Below are positions 18,854 through 28,527 of a stretch of DNA of 64,000 nucleotides, one piece after another (positions within the stretch are counted from its first letter, which is position 1; each line of letters starts with the position of its first letter). The notes beneath the pieces are model-generated. The model was not told the DNA's origin and ran no database searches. It was given only the letters and a program-made list of their open reading frames with translations. Position numbers and translations under genes: made by a program. The DNA comes from an uncultured bacterium. GTDB taxonomy: Bacteria > Patescibacteriota > Minisyncoccia > UBA6257 > 2-01-FULL-56-20. The stretch lies in the NCBI GenBank assembly GCA_963718575.1, contig OY970358.1:578172-642171 (forward strand), written 5' to 3'.

Positions 18854-19591
18854 ATGAAAAATGACACTGTGGCGGGCAAGAATGCCGGGCAGGCAAACAA
18901 GGCAACGATCTGGTTCATTGTCGGGCTTATCGTGCTTGTCACGGCGGGCGTGATCGTCGCGGGCGCATACTCGAGCGGTACGGCGGCGAACAACGCGAGC
19001 AGTACGTTCGTTTCAACGGCCGCTCCGGCGCTCACATCTGCGGATTGGAGCGAAGGCAATCCGAACGCGAAGGTGACGCTTATTGAATACGGCGACTTCG
19101 AGTGTCCGGCATGCGGAGAATATTTCCCGGTCATGCAGCAGTTGCTGCAGAACTACAGCAGCACGGTGCTGTTCGTATTCCGCAATTTCCCGCTCACCAC
19201 CATCCATCCGTTTGCAGAGATCAGCGCACAGGCGGCGGAGGCGGCCGGGCTTGAGGGCGGCGCGTCGAAGTACTGGGCGATGCACGACCTTCTTTATATA
19301 AACCAGAACAATTGGTCCACGAACAGCGCGCTCACTCCGGCGCAGGTCGTCTCTCAATATTTTGACGGATACGCGCAATCGATCGGCCTCAATGTGAGCA
19401 CGTTCAATAACGATATCAACGCAACATCGGTATCGCAAAAGATCCAAAATGATATTACCGGCGGTACCGCCGCGCAGATCGGCCACACGCCGACGTTCTT
19501 CTTGAACCTGCAGCAGATCCCGAACCCCACCGGACTTTCGAATTTTGAAAATACGTTGAACGCCGCAATCGCGTCGTCAACGGCGCAGTAA
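18854..19591 (+). CDS. DsbA-family thiol:disulfide oxidoreductase. Membrane anchored.
   Basis: FECPACGEY CxxC motif in a thioredoxin-fold context. N-terminal transmembrane helix. Confidence 0.75.
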   Translation: MKNDTVAGKNAGQANKATIWFIVGLIVLVTAGVIVAGAYSSGTAANNASSTFVSTAAPALTSADWSEGNPNAKVTLIEYGDFECPACGEYFPVMQQLLQNYSSTVLFVFRNFPLTTIHPFAEISAQAAEAAGLEGGASKYWAMHDLLYINQNNWSTNSALTPAQVVSQYFDGYAQSIGLNVSTFNNDINATSVSQKIQNDITGGTAAQIGHTPTFFLNLQQIPNPTGLSNFENTLNAAIASSTAQ

Positions 19592-19595
19592 TAGA

Positions 19596-19624
19596 AAAGC
19601 CCCGCGATCGTGCGGGGCTTTTAG
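19596..19624 (+). terminator. Rho-independent terminator.
   Basis: AGCCCCGC gatcgt GCGGGGCT followed by TTTT. Confidence 0.5.
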
Positions 19625-19644
19625 TGTGTGGGTGATGCGGTTGG

Positions 19645-19962
19645 TCAATCGCCCGGTACGGATTGTAACGGAGGGGTCTCCGCGCCGCCCTTTTTATTTT
19701 TAAGGATTCTGATGGAGCGGCATGCCGGAGAGGTACATTCCTGCACCGTGGCGAGGGTGTCTCGATGACAACATGGACAGGTGGTTAAGATGGTGTGAGC
19801 GATCAGAAGGTCGAGCTTGGTCAGAAGGTTTCTCAAACGGCGGATAACTCCGACCATCAATCCGATAACCATTAATACCAATACAAACATGACGGCATGG
19901 TATTGCGGGAAATACCAAAGCCATCCGTCAGATTTCAGATTCACGAGATGTAGGAAGTTCAT
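19645..19962 (-). CDS. Small membrane protein with a CPCCH motif.
   Basis: Strong Shine-Dalgarno sequence AAAGGAGG 5 nt upstream of the ATG. Hydrophobic core. Confidence 0.4.
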   Translation of the reverse strand: MNFLHLVNLKSDGWLWYFPQYHAVMFVLVLMVIGLMVGVIRRLRNLLTKLDLLIAHTILTTCPCCHRDTLATVQECTSPACRSIRILKNKKGGAETPPLQSVPGD

Positions 19963-20021
19963 GGAGCCTCCTTTAAATACCGCTTGTATTCTAAGCCTGC
20001 GATGGATTTTGTCAATCAGTG

Positions 20022-20474
20022 TTACCCCTCTCCGCCGCGAATTTCGCGTTGGTGCGTCCGTTTCTTGATCGCCTCGCGCTTGTCGGATTTCTTGCGGGTG
20101 CGGCCGAGGCCGAGCTCAAGTTTTATCAAGCCATGTTTGAGGTATGCGCGGAGCGGAATAACATGGAGCGATTTATCAATGAGCGCGCCCTGCAATTCTT
20201 TAATTTCATCTTTTGATAATAAGAGCCGGCGCACACGATCCTCTTCATAATCGGCGGGCGTGTTGCCCGCCTGGTATGCCGGGATGTGCGAGTTGACGAG
20301 CCACGCCTCGCCGCCGCGAATGAGCACGTGTGCGCCGGCAATCTGAAGCCGGCCGCCCTTCGCGCTTTTCACTTCATAGCCTTTAAACTCGATCCCCGCC
20401 TCGTATTTTTGCGAGATCTCGTAGTCAAAGCCCGCCCGGCGATTTTCCGCTATCGTGTCCGCTCGTTTATCCAT
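20022..20474 (-). CDS. smpB: SsrA-binding protein SmpB.
   Basis: IAENRRAGFDYEI...GIEFKGYEVKS...HIPAY...RRLLL is the canonical SmpB pattern. Confidence 0.85.
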   Translation of the reverse strand: MDKRADTIAENRRAGFDYEISQKYEAGIEFKGYEVKSAKGGRLQIAGAHVLIRGGEAWLVNSHIPAYQAGNTPADYEEDRVRRLLLSKDEIKELQGALIDKSLHVIPLRAYLKHGLIKLELGLGRTRKKSDKREAIKKRTHQREIRGGEG

Positions 20475-20573
20475 GGATTCATTCTACCTTAGTTGTGTTA
20501 AAAAATGATCAAAGAAATGGGCCCCGGCGAAATCGCGCGGGGCCCTGCGTCAGCTGTGGTACTATATGTAAAA

Positions 20574-20712
20574 GAGCAATGGGGGCGCAGTGGGGCTCGA
20601 CGGTGGCCAGGACTCCCTTCCAAGAGTCGGGCTCTTGAGACCCGCCGCCGGCATAGTTGCAACGCGCAGGGGCGGAGCGCGGTTCAGTGCCGGTTGCGCC
20701 CCACTGCTTGTC
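20574..20712 (+). ncRNA. Candidate structured RNA or cis-regulatory leader, unassigned family.
   Basis: The 5' end GGGGGCGCAGUGGGGCUCGACGG resembles the 5' end of tmRNA and tRNA-like domains. A 10-bp perfect long-range helix forms between 20580-20589 and 20698-20707. An alternative 8-bp pairing uses 20574-20582 and 20695-20702. Internal hairpins GACUC...GAGUC and GGGCUC-UU-GAG(A)CCC are present. Confidence 0.3.
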
Positions 20713-20744
20713 TGTAGGATGACACGTATGTATCTATTCTGTCA

Positions 20745-22454
20745 ATGAGTACCGAAATCATTCAAATTTTAAAGAGCATCTTCGGCCCAGACGCGCCGAT
20801 CGGGGTTTCGGTGCCTGACGCGGAACTTTTCGGCCACTATTCGACCAACTTCGCGATGCGCGAGGCAAAAGCCAAGGGCGTACCGCCTCTCGACCTCGCC
20901 AAGGAATACGCCGCGAAGATTGCCGCCGCGGCGCCCGGAGGATTCTTCTATAAAGTGGAAGCAGCCGCGCCGGGCTTCATCAATTTTTGGCTGAGCGATA
21001 AAACATTGCAAGGCGAATTCGCCGCGATCGCAGGAGATAAGAACTACGGCGAGAGCGCCGTTGGAAAAAGGAAGTTGGTGATCGTGGAATATTCATCGCC
21101 AGGCATCGCGAAGCCGCTGCACCTCGGGCACATGCGCACGACGATCATCGGCGCGGCGCTCGCGAACATCCTTGAGCTCTCCGGCTATCGCGTGGTGCGA
21201 TGGAACTATGTCGGCGACTGGGGCACTCAGCTTGGCAAGCTCATCGCCGCATATAAACTATGGGGAGAGAAAGAAAGCGTGGAAAATGATCCGATCGAAG
21301 AACTACAAAAGCTGTATGTTCGATTTAACGCGGAAATGAAATCCGATCCCGCACTTGAAAAGCGTGGTCAGGAAGAATTCAAAAAATTAGAAGATGGCGA
21401 TCGCGATAATCGAAAATTATGGGAGTGGTTCAAAAAAGAGTCATTGAAGGAGTTTAAGAGAATATATCGAACGCTCGATGTCGGGTTTGACGTATGGATC
21501 GGCGAGGCGTTTTTCGAGCGCGAGAGTGCGGATACCGTGCAAGAGCTATTGGATAAAAAGATCGCTGAGCACAGCGAGGGAGCGGTAGTGGTCAAACTTG
21601 AGGCATTTGAGCTACCACCGGCGATGGTGCAGAAGTCCGACGGCGCGAGTCTGTATCTTACGCGCGATATTGCAAACCTTCGCTATCGGATTAAGAAATA
21701 TAAGCCGGCAAAGATACTCTATGTAGTGGGCAACGAGCAGGCGCTTGCGTTCGAACAGCTTTTTGCGGTCGCGCAGCTGCTCGGATGGCACAGCGCTGAG
21801 TTGAAGCATGTAAAGTACGGGTTGGTGTTGGGCGAGAGCGGTAAGAAGCTTTCCACGCGCGAGGGCACGGCTCAGCTGTTGCAGGGCGCTATCGATGAGG
21901 CCGTGGTCAAGGCGCGCGAGGCGATCGAGGCGCGGAGCCCCGACTTTTCGCCAAAAGAAAAGACCGAGATCGCCTTTGCGGTCGCGCTCGGCGCGCTCAA
22001 GTATAACGACCTTAAGGAAAATCGCACGACGGACATCGTTTTCAATTGGGAAAAGATGCTCGATTTTTCCGGCGACAGCGGGCCATATTTGCAATACACC
22101 TATGCGCGATTGAAAAGCATTTTGCGCAAGGCCGGAGTCAGGGAATCAACGCTCCGGCCGGATGCGATCGATGTATCATTGCTCGTGCACACAAGTGAAC
22201 TCGCGCTCATGCGGAAACTTTTCGAGTTTCCCGATGTCGTCGTACGCGCGGGTGAGCTGTACTCCACGAGCACGCTCGCCGTCTATCTCTATAAGCTCGC
22301 CGTCGCCGCGAACAAGTTCTACGAGACGACGCCGATCTTGAAAGGCGAGGATGATGCCAGGCGCCGCGCGCGCCTCTTGCTTGTTGCGACCACCGCGCGC
22401 GTCTTGCAGAAAGGATTGGAACTCCTTGGGATCAAAACGCTTGAAAAAATATAA
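20745..22454 (+). CDS. argS: Arginyl-tRNA synthetase.
   Basis: Class I HIGH-type motif (PLHLGH) and overall ArgRS domain order. Confidence 0.9.
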   Translation: MSTEIIQILKSIFGPDAPIGVSVPDAELFGHYSTNFAMREAKAKGVPPLDLAKEYAAKIAAAAPGGFFYKVEAAAPGFINFWLSDKTLQGEFAAIAGDKNYGESAVGKRKLVIVEYSSPGIAKPLHLGHMRTTIIGAALANILELSGYRVVRWNYVGDWGTQLGKLIAAYKLWGEKESVENDPIEELQKLYVRFNAEMKSDPALEKRGQEEFKKLEDGDRDNRKLWEWFKKESLKEFKRIYRTLDVGFDVWIGEAFFERESADTVQELLDKKIAEHSEGAVVVKLEAFELPPAMVQKSDGASLYLTRDIANLRYRIKKYKPAKILYVVGNEQALAFEQLFAVAQLLGWHSAELKHVKYGLVLGESGKKLSTREGTAQLLQGAIDEAVVKAREAIEARSPDFSPKEKTEIAFAVALGALKYNDLKENRTTDIVFNWEKMLDFSGDSGPYLQYTYARLKSILRKAGVRESTLRPDAIDVSLLVHTSELALMRKLFEFPDVVVRAGELYSTSTLAVYLYKLAVAANKFYETTPILKGEDDARRRARLLLVATTARVLQKGLELLGIKTLEKI

Positions 22455-22912
22455 AAAATTTTATAGAATTGCCTCGGTTCGGGAAATTTTCCAATGGAGG
22501 GGCAGATGAGGGATATCGGAAGGAAGTTGTTTGATGATGACTACGGACAGTGGAGGATAATGTTTCATTCCAGTAGAGCATACCGGAGCGGCGACGCATA
22601 TGTCATCAATGGATTTCGCTTTCCAGAGACGCTAGTGGCGAAGCAAGCACGGTAGCGGGGTTTGTCTTGAAGGAGGGATATTGTATCTTTCCTGACTCAA
22701 CATTCGATTCAGAGGGGGTGGAGTGCCTGATAATAAAGTCCCGCCGTCCCGATGGACCACCTATAGTGGAATTTCTTGTTCCTCTCCATTTAGTTCGGGA
22801 CATCGGCCTCAACCTTAAAGTCTCTCTATCGCGATAACAACAATATTCCCGTGGCGCGCTATGCCTGCGGGAATTTCTTTATAAATCATCGAAAACCTGC
22901 TATTTTAAGGTA

Positions 22913-25900
22913 ATGACTAAGAAATCTTCGCGGACGCCGCATTTTCTTGAGGGCGAGATAAAGCTTCCAGAGATGGAAGAAAAAGTGCTGGCGTTTTGGG
23001 ACGAGCATAATATTTTTGAGAAAAGTTTAGAACAGACCGCCGACGGCGCGCCGTTCACTTTTTACGACGGGCCGCCGTTCGCGACGGGACTTCCCCACTA
23101 CGGGCATATTTTGGCGTCCACGATAAAAGATGTCGTGCCGCGCTATCAGACGATGAACGGCCGCTTCGTGCGCCGCCGGTGGGGATGGGATTGCCACGGG
23201 CTTCCGATCGAAGAGCTCGTCGAGCGTGAACTCGGCATCTCCGGCAAAAAGCAGATCGAAGCGGTCGGCATCAAAAAATTCAATGAGACATGCCGGAGCT
23301 TTGTATTGAAATATGCCGCCGAATGGCGGCAAACGGTCCGCCGCATCGCGCGCTGGGTGGACTTCGATGATTCGTATAAGACGATGGATACCGATTTCAT
23401 GGAATCCGTATGGTGGGGATTCAAACAGACGTACGACAAGGGCTTGATCTATGAGGGCCGCAAGGTGTTACTCTATTGTCCGCGCTGCGAGACGCCGCTC
23501 TCGAACTTCGAGGTCGCGATGGATAACAGCTATAAGGATGTCACGGAGGAGTCGGCATATGTGAAATTTCACTTGAAAGCCGGTCAAAAATTCGGAAACT
23601 ATACGGCTAAGGATTCTGTTTACCTTGTGGCGTGGACGACGACTCCATGGACATTACCGGGAAATGTCGCACTTGCGGTAGGGAAAAATATTTTATATAC
23701 CGCACTCCGCATAAAAGACGTGCAGAAACTTTATATTGTTGCAAGTGAACTTGTTCAAAAAGTTTTTAAAGATCAAGAGATTGAAATTGTTCATGGAGAG
23801 ATAAAAGGAAAGGATCTGATTGGCCTCGAATACGAGCCGCTCTTTACTATTCCTATACTGCAATCCGAAAAATCTTATCAGGTCTATGCTGGAGATTTTG
23901 TAAATACTGATGACGGCACGGGCATCGTACATATCGCACCGGTGCACGGCGAGGACGATTATACATTAGGCGTAGCAAACGGCTTGCCGATCGTGCCGCT
24001 GCTCGACGAGCGTGGAATCTTCACTGATAAGGTGCCGGAGTTTTTACGCGGACAATACTTTAAGAAAGCGGATAGGCTGGTGATCGAGGATTTAGAGAAG
24101 CGGGAACTGCTTTTCAAAAAAGAAACCATCACGCATTCCTATCCGCACTGCTGGCGATGCGGCACGATGCTCTATTACAACGCGCTCCCGGCGTGGTTTG
24201 TGAACATTCAAAAGATAAAGCCGGGGCTGCTCGCATCGAACGAGGCCGAGATCAGCTGGTTTCCGGAGCACCTTAAGCACGGCCGCTATCAAAAGAGCGT
24301 GGAGGCCGCGCCCGACTGGAACATCTCGCGCAATCGGTACTGGGGCAATCCGGTGCCGGTATGGAAATGCGGCGATTGTGGACATGTCGAAGCGGTGGGG
24401 AGTATGGACGAGCTTTCAAAGAAGGCGGGCGGTTCGAAGAATAGCTATTGGGTAATGCGGCACGGCGAGGCGGAGAGCAATATGTTCGACATCCTCGACT
24501 CCGGCCAGAGAAAATATCTTCATCTCACGCCGCGTGGCAAGGAGCAGGTGCTGACTTCGATAGAGAAGTTCAAAAAAGAGCTGGCGCATGAGGGCAAGAA
24601 GATCGATGTCGTCATCGCGTCCGACATCACGCGCACGCAGGATACGGAACATATCGTGGCAAAGGTGCTGACGGGAGAAAAGGAGATCGCGCACGAAGGA
24701 TTGGAAGAGATCCATCTTGGGCCGACGCTCACCGGCTATCGCGATGAAAAATATGCACAGATGTTTCCCAGCTACGAGGCGCGTTTTGAGAAACAGCCGG
24801 AGGGAGGGGAGACGTTACGTGATCTCCGCGCTCGCGTGTGGAAATTTTTGAAAGAGTGCGAAGAGATCTACGCGGGAAAGAATATCCTGCTCGTGACGCA
24901 CGAATATCCTGCGTGGATGCTTTTCCAAACTGCGGAAGCGTGGAGTGAGAAGCGTGCGATCGAAGAAAAGAAAAAGCGTGATGGTGATTTTATTAGCTTC
25001 GCCGAGATTCGAAAATTGGATGTGAAAGTGGTGCCCCGCGACGACACGGGCGAGGCGGATCTCCATCGGCCTTACATCGACGACATCACATTCCCGTGCG
25101 AAAAGTGCGGCGGTGTGATGACGCGCACGCACGGAGATCTTCGATTCATGGATCGAAGCAGGCTCAATGCCGTTTGCGGAGTACCACTATCCATTCGAGA
25201 ACAAGGAAGAATTCAAAAAACATTTCCCTGCGCAGTTCGTGTCAGAATACGTCCCGCAGACGCGCGCGTGGTTCTATCTTTCGCACGTCGTGTCGTATAT
25301 TTTGTTCGGCCATGCGCCGTTCGAAAATGTGGTGACGACGGGAAATGTGCTTGGGGATGATGGTTTTAAGATGAGCAAGTCGAAGAAAAATTTCCCCGAT
25401 CCCCAATTGGTGATCGATAAGTTCGGCGCTGATAGCCTACGTTTTTATCTCATGGGTTCTGTTGCAATGCAGGCAGATGATCTGACTTTTTCCGAGAAGA
25501 GCGTCGAGAGCGTGTATCGCAAAGTGGGGATGTTGCTTACGAACGTCTATAAATATTTCGCCACGTATCGCGGGGAGGTGGCGGGAGAAATTTCCGGCGG
25601 TGGTGAAGCGACCAACGCCGCCGCAGACGACAATATTCTCGACCAGTGGATCACCGCGCGGACTGAAGAGCTGGCGGATATCGTGACGCGCTCGCTCGAC
25701 ACGTACGACACCGTCCGCGCCACGCGCGCGGTCCAGGAATACGTGGACGACCTCTCCACGTGGTATCTGCGCCGCTCGCGCAAGCGTAAGGATGCGGGGT
25801 TTTTCAGGACGATGCAGGCGTCGCTTTTGACGACGAGCCGGGTGCTTGCGCCGTTCATGCCATTTCTCGCGGAAGCGCTCCATGCGGAGCTTGCCGCGCA

Positions 25901-26477
25901 CGATGCGCCGGCGTCGGTGCATTTGGAAAAATGGCCGGAGATAGCGTTCACGTTGCCGGAAAAAGAGCGAGCGGAGCTGATGGACAGCATGACGGAGATC
26001 CGTCGTCTTGCGAGCCTCGGACTTTCTGCCCGTGCGGAGGCAAAGATCAAGGTGCGTCAGCCGCTCGCAACGATGACCGTGCGCGGCGCGGAAGCGACGA
26101 TCCGCGACGAGCGCCTCCTCGCCATATTGAAGAACGAAGTGAATGTGAAAGAGATCGTGTTCGCGCCGGAGCTTGCGAACGAGGTCGAGCTCGACACGGT
26201 CATCACGCCCGCGCTCCGCGAAGAAGGATTGGTCCGCGAAGTGGCCCGCATGTTCCAGGAGCTTCGTCAGAAGGCCGGGCTCGAACCGAAGGATAGGATT
26301 GTTGCGATGATGGAGCTACCAGAAAAGACGATGCAAGTGATCGACAGGAATGAATCTTCATTTTTAAAAGACATCGGTGCGACCGTGGTGGAATTCGGAC
26401 ACTCCGATAAATTCATTGCAGAAGAGATAGCCAAGCTCGAAGGGGAGGATGTATGGGTGGCGGTGCGGAAGGGGTAG
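22913..26477 (+). CDS. ileS: Isoleucyl-tRNA synthetase. It carries an inserted histidine-phosphatase domain and an apparent single-nt frameshift at about 25128-25140.
   Basis: HYGH (HIGH), the CP1 editing region, WKCGDCGH and then DLHRPYIDDITFPCEKCGG. After the frame change the ORF continues as EIFDSW.., MPFAEYHYPFEN and KMSKS (FKMSKSKKNF). Listed as two ORFs, 22913-25360 and 25167-26477. Confidence 0.85.
24437..25050 (+). other. Histidine phosphatase (PGAM-like) domain inserted within IleRS.
   Basis: YWVMRHGEAESN (RHGE), LTPRGKEQ, IDVVIASDITRTQDTEHIV, QPEGGETLRDLRARVWKFL and ILLVTHEYP match the branch-1 histidine phosphatase motif order. Confidence 0.6.
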
Positions 26478-26484
26478 CGCACTA

Positions 26485-26775
26485 TCAGATGGAACCTTTT
26501 GTTCGAAAGCCTAAATGTTTTTCCAGCCGCGTAATGCGCCAGTCAAAGCGGTCAAGGACCTTGTGTATGCCGCGCATTTCTTCCTGTAATCCCTCTACGC
26601 TTTTTTGGATTTCTTGTACTGTCGTCTCCAGGCGATTCAGTCTTTGAGTAATGCCATCGAATTTCTTATCCATGCCATCGAGCCTTTTATCGACAGCATC
26701 GAATTTTTTATCGACAGCGATGGAGAAATCGTTGATCGTTACAAGGATATCCTTGAGCGTTATTTTCTTTTTCAT
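26485..26775 (-). CDS. Small coiled-coil protein with internal tandem repeats (DKKFDAVDKRLDGMDKKFDGI).
   Basis: ORF track. The nucleotide sequence shows repeats of about 30 bp. Confidence 0.4.
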   Translation of the reverse strand: MKKKITLKDILVTINDFSIAVDKKFDAVDKRLDGMDKKFDGITQRLNRLETTVQEIQKSVEGLQEEMRGIHKVLDRFDWRITRLEKHLGFRTKGSI

Positions 26776-26851
26776 ACACCCAATTGTAATGGGCGCAAAA
26801 AATATTGCAAAAACTTTTTAATAAAAATTTAATAACTCGCGAACGAGCGGG

Positions 26852-27832
26852 TTAGTAGCCCACCTTCTTCTTAACCTCCGCCATCTTCTTTGTGGCGACC
26901 GCACCCGCTTTCTTTGATCCCGTTGCTAAAATCTTCCTTATCGCGGCTGGCTTTGCGAGCAGCTTTGCTTTCGCGGCGCGGAACTTGGCAAAGTGTGCGG
27001 AAATAAGTTCGGCGAGTGCACCTTTCAAATCGGAATATTGCCTACCTTCAAACTCGATCGCGACCGCGTGCGGATCTTTGTCCGTGAACGCGCCGTAGAT
27101 CTCGAGTAAATTTGAAAGCCCCGGCTTGCCCTTCGGATCGTATAAAATTGCGCCATCGGAATCGGTCACCGCGCGCGCGAGTTTTTTGCGAATATCCTCC
27201 GGCGAGTCGTCTATAAAAAGGCAGCTATCCGGATCGGACTTGGACATCTTCTTGTGCGGATCTTTGAGAGACATCACGCGTGGCGTCTGGGTGAGCAATC
27301 CCTTTGGTTCCACAAACGTTTCGCCGAACCGTGCGTTGAACCGTCGCGCGACGGTGCGTGCGAGTTCGAGGTGCTGGAGCTGATCCTCGCCCACGGGGAT
27401 GAATTTTGCGTTATACAAAACGATGTCCGCCGCCATGAGTACAGGGTAGGTAAAAAGCCCGGCGTTCACGTTTGCCGCCTGCCGCGCCGCCTTGTCCTTG
27501 TATTGCGTCATACGCTCCAGCTCGCCCATCGGCGTCACGGTGTTAAGCACCCACGCGAGCTCGCTGTGCGCCGAGATCTGCGATTGCTGATAGATGACGG
27601 ATTTTTTCGGATCAAGTCCGGCGGCCAGATAGTCAGCGGCAAGGTTTAAAATATTCGCCGCGAGCGTCTTCGGCTCCGGGCCTTCCGTGAGCGCGTGCAG
27701 ATCGGCCAAAAAAAAGTAGCATTGATATTTGCCGGAGTTCTGGAGTTCCACAAAGTTTTTGAGCGCGCCAAGATAATTGCCAATATGGAGCCGCCCGGTG
27801 GGCTGCATCCCGGAGACGAGGATGGGTTTCAT
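26852..27832 (-). CDS. trpS: Tryptophanyl-tRNA synthetase.
   Basis: HIGN (HIGH) and KMSKS motifs in a TrpRS-length protein. Confidence 0.9.
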   Translation of the reverse strand: MKPILVSGMQPTGRLHIGNYLGALKNFVELQNSGKYQCYFFLADLHALTEGPEPKTLAANILNLAADYLAAGLDPKKSVIYQQSQISAHSELAWVLNTVTPMGELERMTQYKDKAARQAANVNAGLFTYPVLMAADIVLYNAKFIPVGEDQLQHLELARTVARRFNARFGETFVEPKGLLTQTPRVMSLKDPHKKMSKSDPDSCLFIDDSPEDIRKKLARAVTDSDGAILYDPKGKPGLSNLLEIYGAFTDKDPHAVAIEFEGRQYSDLKGALAELISAHFAKFRAAKAKLLAKPAAIRKILATGSKKAGAVATKKMAEVKKKVGY

Positions 27833-27876
27833 ATAGTGATTATATCACGGGTGATGTTTTCTGTTATGATTGAATT

Positions 27877-28524
27877 ATGCAGACAAATAAGACGGTCTAT
27901 TTTGTTCGTCATGGCGAAAGCGCCGATAATGCCGCGCCGGTATTTCAATCCCCGGATTCGCCATTAACTCAAAAAGGACGGATGCAGGCGGAAAAGATCG
28001 CTACCCGCGCGAAACATCTTTCTTTTGATGCGTTCATCACGAGTCCCTTTCGGAGGGCGGAAGAGACAGCGGAGATTATTTCAAAAGCCACTGAGAAAAC
28101 GCCGGAGCGATCAGCGCTTTTTGTCGAGCGAACAAAGCCGACGAGCGTGAACGGCAAACTTCATACCGATGAAGAGGCGAGCGAGGTGTGGCGAGAGTGG
28201 AATGAAAGTTTATACACACCGGGTATGCGAGTCGAAGATGGGGAGAACTTTGACGACATCATTACACGCGCCGATAACGCGCTTGCTTTTCTTAACGTGC
28301 GTCCCGAAAAATCCATCCTCGTTGTGACGCATGGATATTTTCTTCGAACGATCATCACCCGCGTCTTGATGCAGGAGCTGCTTTCCGCCGAAGCATTCAA
28401 AAAATTTCAGCGCATGGCATCTATGGAAAATACCGGACTAAGTGCTCTCCGTTACGAAGGAAACACACCGGAAGAAATGAGATGGCGTCTTTGGATCTAT
28501 AATGACCATTCACATTTAGGATAA
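27877..28524 (+). CDS. Histidine phosphatase family protein (PGAM-like), free-standing.
   Basis: VYFVRHGESADN (RHGE) and ILVVTHGYFLR. Confidence 0.7.
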   Translation: MQTNKTVYFVRHGESADNAAPVFQSPDSPLTQKGRMQAEKIATRAKHLSFDAFITSPFRRAEETAEIISKATEKTPERSALFVERTKPTSVNGKLHTDEEASEVWREWNESLYTPGMRVEDGENFDDIITRADNALAFLNVRPEKSILVVTHGYFLRTIITRVLMQELLSAEAFKKFQRMASMENTGLSALRYEGNTPEEMRWRLWIYNDHSHLG

Positions 28525-28527
28525 TTA

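Noticed and set aside
18739-19134. 131-aa minus-strand ORF overlapping the DsbA-like gene.
   Set aside because: Antisense. The DsbA-like frame has the CxxC motif and a proper start.
20505-20717. 70-aa Arg-rich ORF between smpB and argS.
   Set aside because: It overlaps the GC-rich structured element, has odd composition and lacks a ribosome-binding site. It is more plausibly non-coding.
20480-20745. Full-length tmRNA (ssrA) expected next to smpB.
   Set aside because: Only a tmRNA-like 5' motif of about 140 nt is present. There is no tag-peptide ORF (..ALAA stop), no clear T-arm/CCA end, and no room before argS. Reported as a candidate structured RNA instead.
22455-22912. T-box leader upstream of ileS.
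   Set aside because: Only a weak resemblance (GGGGGUGGAGUGCC) to the AGGGUGGNACCGCG T-box motif. No recognisable specifier-loop or antiterminator architecture by eye.
24437-25050. Intein in ileS.
   Set aside because: No Cys/Ser at the N-terminal junction, no terminal His-Asn, and no homing-endonuclease motifs. The insert has the motif series of a histidine phosphatase domain.
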